Source: an uncultured Christensenellaceae bacterium
GTDB taxonomy: Bacteria > Bacillota > Clostridia > Christensenellales > CAG-314
DNA: 64,000 nt
Assembly (NCBI GenBank): GCA_910586905.1
Contig: CAJUIV010000006.1
Location: 7,157-71,156 of the forward strand
Direction: 5' to 3'
Below, in pieces: positions 59,071 to 64,000 of the stretch. The position numbers and the translations under genes are program-made. The notes under the pieces were generated by a model. The model did no database searches, was not told the DNA's origin, and worked only from the letters and a program-made list of their open reading frames with translations. Positions within the stretch are counted from its first letter, which is position 1. Every line of letters begins with the position of its first letter.

Positions 59071-60420
59071 ATGAAAAATACCGTACCAGTAGAAAGTAGA
59101 ACAAGACAAAGATTACGGCTTTCATCGCTTATACTATTTATATTTTTTGCGCTTATTGTCGTTATGCTCGTTTGCGCAAGTATGATAGACAAACAAAATC
59201 TAAACGGAAATATAAAGCAAGTAACGGGAGTAATTACAGAAATAGAAAACGATGACGTAATTAAAATCGTATTAAAAGAAGACAACATACAAAACGTCTA
59301 CAACGTAGTATGGGGCGATGCCGTAAACGTTGATTGGAACAAGTACGAAGGGCGTCAAGTAACACTCGTTGTACCTCAAAAAACGTTCGCTTGGAGTAAT
59401 CCGTGGATTTTGGGACTCGAAACGGACGAAGGCACTGTTGTAGACTTTAACGACACTTTAAAATCGAAAAGAGAATCTAACGATACGATGATTTTGGTAT
59501 GCGCCGTTTTAGCCGGAGTTTTAGGCGTAGCTACTTGCGGAGTATTTATTTGGAGAGTGAACCTATCTCCTACCGTCGAACGTCCGTTAGATAAACAGTA
59601 CTGCGAGTTTTTAGTTCAACGGCAGCCCGTATGTCCCCAACGAAGAATACTTACGATTGTCAGTTTCTGCTTCGTTGCCGCAATACTGATCTTCGGGACT
59701 GTCAGCGCAAGTTTGTCGGGTCTTGCGGAAGACAATCCCACGCTCGTAACTCCGTCTATCGTTATCGCCGTTTTATTGGCAGCGATACTTATAGGGGGAA
59801 TAATCGCTCTGGTTATTATAAGCAACTGGGTTTTCAAAAAAGAAATCGACTATTACGCAGAAAATTTGCCGTTTGACTTTTCCGATATATCGCACGCGCC
59901 CATAAAAAAATCATTAAAATTAGAATTACAGCAAGAAATGAAAAAAGAACGCGCCCGCTTCCCACACTTACACGGCGACGGAGGAAACGGTTTCGACGTG
60001 GAATTCACTGCCGACGGCGTAAACTTATACCTAGAATTTAACACGGAAGAACAAACGAATACCGACGTATCCGACGTTTTCCCCGAAATATCCGGTAGCA
60101 AAGACGCCGTATTCGAAGGCATAGATAACGCAAAAAATACGCCGATATATTTTTTAAGTTACGGCGCACTGAATTTCGAAGCCGTAGCGCACTACCGCAA
60201 GCGTCATCATCCGATGATGATTATAATTAAAAGCAGATTAAAGCCGCAAGTAGATTTTCCCGAAGATTTAGTTAACGATTTGCATATAGCGTTCGATGTA
60301 AATCTGCAAAACACGATAAACGCGTTTAACGTGCCAGTTGAAAATCTTGATTACTTATTGGAAAACAAAAAACGCCTTATGTTGGCAAATTGCTATAAAA
60401 AAAACGAAAATAAAAATTGA
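59071..60420 (+). CDS. Hypothetical 4-TM membrane protein with a ~200-aa cytoplasmic C-terminal domain
   Basis: 449 aa. TM1, a ~90-aa loop domain (VTGVITEIEND...), TM2-4, then a soluble domain. I recognise no family. Confidence 0.6.
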   Translation: MKNTVPVESRTRQRLRLSSLILFIFFALIVVMLVCASMIDKQNLNGNIKQVTGVITEIENDDVIKIVLKEDNIQNVYNVVWGDAVNVDWNKYEGRQVTLVVPQKTFAWSNPWILGLETDEGTVVDFNDTLKSKRESNDTMILVCAVLAGVLGVATCGVFIWRVNLSPTVERPLDKQYCEFLVQRQPVCPQRRILTIVSFCFVAAILIFGTVSASLSGLAEDNPTLVTPSIVIAVLLAAILIGGIIALVIISNWVFKKEIDYYAENLPFDFSDISHAPIKKSLKLELQQEMKKERARFPHLHGDGGNGFDVEFTADGVNLYLEFNTEEQTNTDVSDVFPEISGSKDAVFEGIDNAKNTPIYFLSYGALNFEAVAHYRKRHHPMMIIIKSRLKPQVDFPEDLVNDLHIAFDVNLQNTINAFNVPVENLDYLLENKKRLMLANCYKKNENKN

Positions 60421-60434
60421 TAGTCAGACGTTTG

Positions 60435-60470
60435 AACTCCCTTTTCTTTATAGATAAAGGGAGTTTTAAT
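60435..60470 (+). terminator. Terminator after the membrane protein gene
   Basis: aactcccttt / aaagggagtt hairpin followed by a T-rich stretch. Confidence 0.65.
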
Positions 60471-60615
60471 TTATAAACATTTATCAAAAAGAATTATTAA
60501 CAATACGCTATTTATATTTTTTTCTAAAAATTCTTCGTTATAACTTTTAGTTTTTTATTTACCGCTGAGTAAAGACGTTAAAAAGTGTCAATACTTTCGA
60601 CGCGAGGTATAACGG

Positions 60616-63246
60616 ATGATTACTGAATTTTTATATAACAATTTTAAATGGAATTTCAATCAAAATTCGATGGACGGTTTATTGTCGCTTTCAACGACAA
60701 AAAAACAATTCGAAACGCAGCTGGAAAAACTTGCGAGAAGATATTTTCCCGAAAGCAAGCAGATAAATTTATTCGAAACGGAATTTCTTTTAAATAAAGT
60801 CGCTTTATCAAAGGCGAAAGACGACGCTCAAAAAATAGCGAAAAGTAATTTTGCGTCTTTTTGGAACGATTTTTTAAGAATAAAACAAACTTTAAACAAA
60901 CGTTATTTAACGTTCCCTTCCGGCGCGAACAAAACGCGTTTAGAACTTATCGCCGAATTGATTGCCAAATGCACTCAGTTTTCAGAAACGGACGAAACGA
61001 TTACACAGCTTGCCGATACTGCGGTAAACACCTTGCAGCTTACGGAAAGGGAATCTCGCTATCTAAAATACGTTATAGATTTATACAAAATAAATTTTTA
61101 TTGCATCGCAACTATCGCGGCTTTAAAAAATAAATCTTTGGGCAGACGTTCTTTAGCCAAAATGCTCAGACCAAACCTATTAAAACAAAACTACTCGGTA
61201 TCTAAAAAATATTGTCAATCGCAATATCAAACGAAACGTTTGAATTCCGTGGTAGATTGTATGGGAAATTCTCTGGCTCGATTCGACGATATTGCCGTTC
61301 ACGTTTCGTTGAAAACATTTATTTACGCTAACGGACGAAACGTTTTCGATACTTTTATAGAAAACCGCTTCGGTTACAATGTGGCGGAATTTAGAAGCGT
61401 CGATAAATCTTTAAAAGTGCATATGCTATATTTTTTGCAAGGATGTATGGAAGTAAGAAAATTCAGCGTTACGAACACGTCTAAATGCAAACGTAAATTT
61501 TCGGTAGAAATACCCGTAAAACACGACGTTTCGCAAAATAAAACGTCTTACTTTAAAATGGCCGACGCGCTTTGTCTGACTATCGATAAAGAAAATTTTT
61601 ATTGCGCTAACGCCTTGATTGCGGACAATGAAATAGTTAACTGCTACGGCGACCAATCGCTTAATTATGATTTTTCATTAGAATCTAACGCAACCAAAAA
61701 TTTTGATATCGTAACGATTTACGCTGAAAATACGCCCACGCTGACACAAGAACTGGAAAGCTTGGAATATTTCGGCGCGACAGCTTGTCCTTACGTTTTC
61801 GACGAACAGTGCAACGATATAAAATACAGCGACGTGTCGCTAAATTTATCCGCGCACGGATACGTATTTAAAAAGCCAAACAGAACGCTATCGACCGCTT
61901 TAAATTTCAGCTATCAATTAGGAAACAGCGACCTGGCGACTTTTATAGATAATGCAGGCAACTGCGCTACCCTTATAAAAGGTTTCGTATTCGGAGTGAA
62001 AGGAGAAAGTATTTATTCCGTACGCAATGGTATAATAGACAAAATCAATGAAACGAATTTTCACATTGACGTTGACAGATTGCGCTACGATAAGGCGAAT
62101 TCAAGCTGCGTAATTTATCACGATGCCGCCAAAGTATACGAAATCACTCACGTTAAACCTTGCAAAACTTTGATATATTTGCCTTTCCAGCAAAAATCGC
62201 AGGTGATTTTTAAAAACAATATATTTCAAATAAGCGACGAAGAACGCAATTATACTGTAGAATTCGAAAACAAAATCGAAAGTTACACCACCAACGCTTT
62301 AGAGTGCAGCGAAGAAAAACTGAGATATAAACTGTCTAACGACAGCTCCGCGGGACATTGCTTGGCTGTCTGCATAGAAACTTCGACGAACGTTAAATTT
62401 ACCGTCAACACGGATAAAAGTACTTCCGCTTCCGCGCCGATTGTCAGAGAAAGTTTGGTATCGACATATTTAAACTATATAAACGATAAAAACGTATTCT
62501 GTTTAAACAATCATTTAAAACGACCCGATTGCTTAACCGTTGCAGCGATATGTTATACCAATCCTCAATACGTAAAGAATTATGTGAAAAATATCTACAG
62601 CAGTCTTAACGGCAAACAATACTATTACGACGCTACGGGCGAAAAAAAATACTGCAGAGACAGGCTCTCTCTTCCGCTAGCGTGCGTTTACTATCTCAAT
62701 CTGATAAAAGACGATTTACCCACCGAGATTATTCAGTGCGCAAACGGAATACTGTTTAACGAAGAATTTGCCGACAAAGATTTATGCGTTAAAGCGCTGA
62801 TTCTAAAAAAAGCCGCACAACTGACTTGTATGGACAAAGTGAGATGCTTGATAGAATACAATCTACTGAAAAAGAAAATTTGCAACGACAGTAAACTTTA
62901 CGCTTACGCACAGGCAATCGGCGCGGTACCTATGACCAATCCGTCTAAATCGAGGTTGAAAGATTTATGCAATAAATACGATATTCCCAAAAGCTGGTAC
63001 TACGTTTCGCAACTGGAAAACCTATACGGACTTTCTATATCTTCCGGGAAATTGCATATCTGCCCCAAAGTTACCGCCGAAAACGCGCTGGAACAATTTG
63101 CTCTGAATATAAACGGCAAACGCATAGATACTACGTTTACAAAATCGACCGTACGTTCTATGACTTTAAACGGAGCTCAATGCTATCAGCCGTTTTTCCC
63201 CGACAAACTAAAAAACACAGAAAACCGGCTTGTAGTCAGATACTAA
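60616..63246 (+). CDS. Hypothetical 876-aa cytoplasmic protein (orphan)
   Basis: Long uninterrupted ORF with SD gaggt. No TM segment or signal peptide, and Cys-rich. I recognised no catalytic motif. Confidence 0.7.
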   Translation: MITEFLYNNFKWNFNQNSMDGLLSLSTTKKQFETQLEKLARRYFPESKQINLFETEFLLNKVALSKAKDDAQKIAKSNFASFWNDFLRIKQTLNKRYLTFPSGANKTRLELIAELIAKCTQFSETDETITQLADTAVNTLQLTERESRYLKYVIDLYKINFYCIATIAALKNKSLGRRSLAKMLRPNLLKQNYSVSKKYCQSQYQTKRLNSVVDCMGNSLARFDDIAVHVSLKTFIYANGRNVFDTFIENRFGYNVAEFRSVDKSLKVHMLYFLQGCMEVRKFSVTNTSKCKRKFSVEIPVKHDVSQNKTSYFKMADALCLTIDKENFYCANALIADNEIVNCYGDQSLNYDFSLESNATKNFDIVTIYAENTPTLTQELESLEYFGATACPYVFDEQCNDIKYSDVSLNLSAHGYVFKKPNRTLSTALNFSYQLGNSDLATFIDNAGNCATLIKGFVFGVKGESIYSVRNGIIDKINETNFHIDVDRLRYDKANSSCVIYHDAAKVYEITHVKPCKTLIYLPFQQKSQVIFKNNIFQISDEERNYTVEFENKIESYTTNALECSEEKLRYKLSNDSSAGHCLAVCIETSTNVKFTVNTDKSTSASAPIVRESLVSTYLNYINDKNVFCLNNHLKRPDCLTVAAICYTNPQYVKNYVKNIYSSLNGKQYYYDATGEKKYCRDRLSLPLACVYYLNLIKDDLPTEIIQCANGILFNEEFADKDLCVKALILKKAAQLTCMDKVRCLIEYNLLKKKICNDSKLYAYAQAIGAVPMTNPSKSRLKDLCNKYDIPKSWYYVSQLENLYGLSISSGKLHICPKVTAENALEQFALNINGKRIDTTFTKSTVRSMTLNGAQCYQPFFPDKLKNTENRLVVRY

Positions 63247-63295
63247 AAAGTCAAAACAATTATATAATACTGCGAATATCAAAATAAAAGATAAA

Positions 63296-63325
63296 ACGGG
63301 AGAAAGACACAAATCTTTCTCCCGT
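63296..63325. terminator. Bidirectional terminator between convergent genes
   Basis: acgggagaaaga / tctttctcccgt perfect 12-bp hairpin. Confidence 0.7.
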
Positions 63326-63360
63326 TAGACTTATTCAAAAAAACACCGTAAATCTGTCGA

Positions 63361-64000
63361 TTACACTTCGGCGTAGCCGTAAAAAGCTACGGAAGATATT
63401 TGAAGATAACCGTTAGTTTTGCCGGACGGAGTAGACGTATCGAATTCGAGTTCGTATGTACAATTTGCCGCCGGTTCGCTCAGTCTAAACGTCAAATGTC
63501 CCGCTAAAACGTCTTTTGCTTCAATTACAACGGTTTCGACTATTTCGCCTGCAGCATTTTTAACGTTCAAAGTAACGTTACCCATAAAATCGTTATTTAC
63601 GTTATCAACGGTAACGATTATTTTGGATACGCTTTCCGTCAGCGTAATTTGCATAGTACCTTTATTGGTATACTCTTTGTGTCCAGCTCTAATAAAGTTC
63701 CAACCCCATTTATTGTTGTTGAAATTGTCCACCAACATACTGTAATCGCCGAGCTTAGCGGTCCATTCTTGATAATACGCTTGTACTTTGCTTTCTTCCG
63801 TTTTGATTTCCGAATTCGAGAAATCGAAATTAACGATTTCTTCGGCTGCCTTTTGACTTTCGGGAACAATAATCACGGCAACTTTCATATCGCCCAAAAC
63901 GTTAAAAGAATACTTACCTTCTACGGCGGTAATAATTCTTCCGTTTACTTTTACTTCGTCGATTCTAAAACCGGCATCGGGAGTAACGGTGAATTCAACC
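63361..64000 (-). CDS. C-terminal part of a larger secreted/surface protein (5' end outside the window)
   Basis: The frame stays open upstream of the tracked TTG to the window edge (…VEFTVTPDAGFRIDEVKVNGRIITAVEGKYSFNVLGDMKVAVIIV…). That stretch is a beta-sandwich repeat pattern typical of cell-surface proteins. Confidence 0.55.
   Translation of the reverse strand, partial: VEFTVTPDAGFRIDEVKVNGRIITAVEGKYSFNVLGDMKVAVIIVPESQKAAEEIVNFDFSNSEIKTEESKVQAYYQEWTAKLGDYSMLVDNFNNNKWGWNFIRAGHKEYTNKGTMQITLTESVSKIIVTVDNVNNDFMGNVTLNVKNAAGEIVETVVIEAKDVLAGHLTFRLSEPAANCTYELEFDTSTPSGKTNGYLQISSVAFYGYAEV

Overview
Low-GC, CpG-rich chromosomal segment that looks Firmicutes/Clostridia-like. It is densely coded and mostly housekeeping. 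Gene order mirrors several Bacillus subtilis neighbourhoods: (a) recJ, a SecD/F-like gene, a YrzE-like gene, yajC, tgt, queA, ruvB-ruvA-ruvC; (b) yebC, a TrmH-family gene, rplT-rpmI-infC with an L20-type leader, and thrS with a T-box; (c) acpP, then asnS fused to the end of a full dcw cluster (mraZ, rsmH, ftsL-like, PBP, murE, mraY, murD, ftsW, murA, ftsQ, ftsA, ftsZ); (d) spo0A, M-box plus mgtE, and csp; (e) an ArsR/HMA/CadA metal module and an ABC exporter pair; (f) yqfC, yqfD, phoH, pgpH-like, ybeY, era, yqzL, recO; (g) copA-csoR. The 3' end is less conserved: a GDPD enzyme, an orphan membrane protein, an 876-aa orphan and a surface-protein fragment. I saw no rRNA, tRNA, CRISPR array, transposase or integrase. 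The best candidate for something undescribed is a dispersed set of cysteine-rich and collagen-like orphan genes: a 71-aa Cys-rich ORF, a 214-aa ORF, a BclA-type collagen-like protein with a Cys-cluster N-terminus, and possibly a double zinc-ribbon ORF. Each is preceded by the same AC-N17-CATACTAT motif, which resembles a mother-cell (sigma-K/sigma-E type) promoter, so together they may form an outer spore-layer module. Other notable points: the Spo0A receiver domain appears to lack the acidic pocket and has Glu at the phospho-acceptor position; a G8 tract sits in the spacer of the promoter for two tandem zinc-ribbon membrane paralogs; CadA is separated from its HMA domain by one in-frame stop; CopA carries an extra C-terminal HMA domain and is translationally coupled to csoR. 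All functional calls come from reading translated motifs and synteny by eye. No database search was run.
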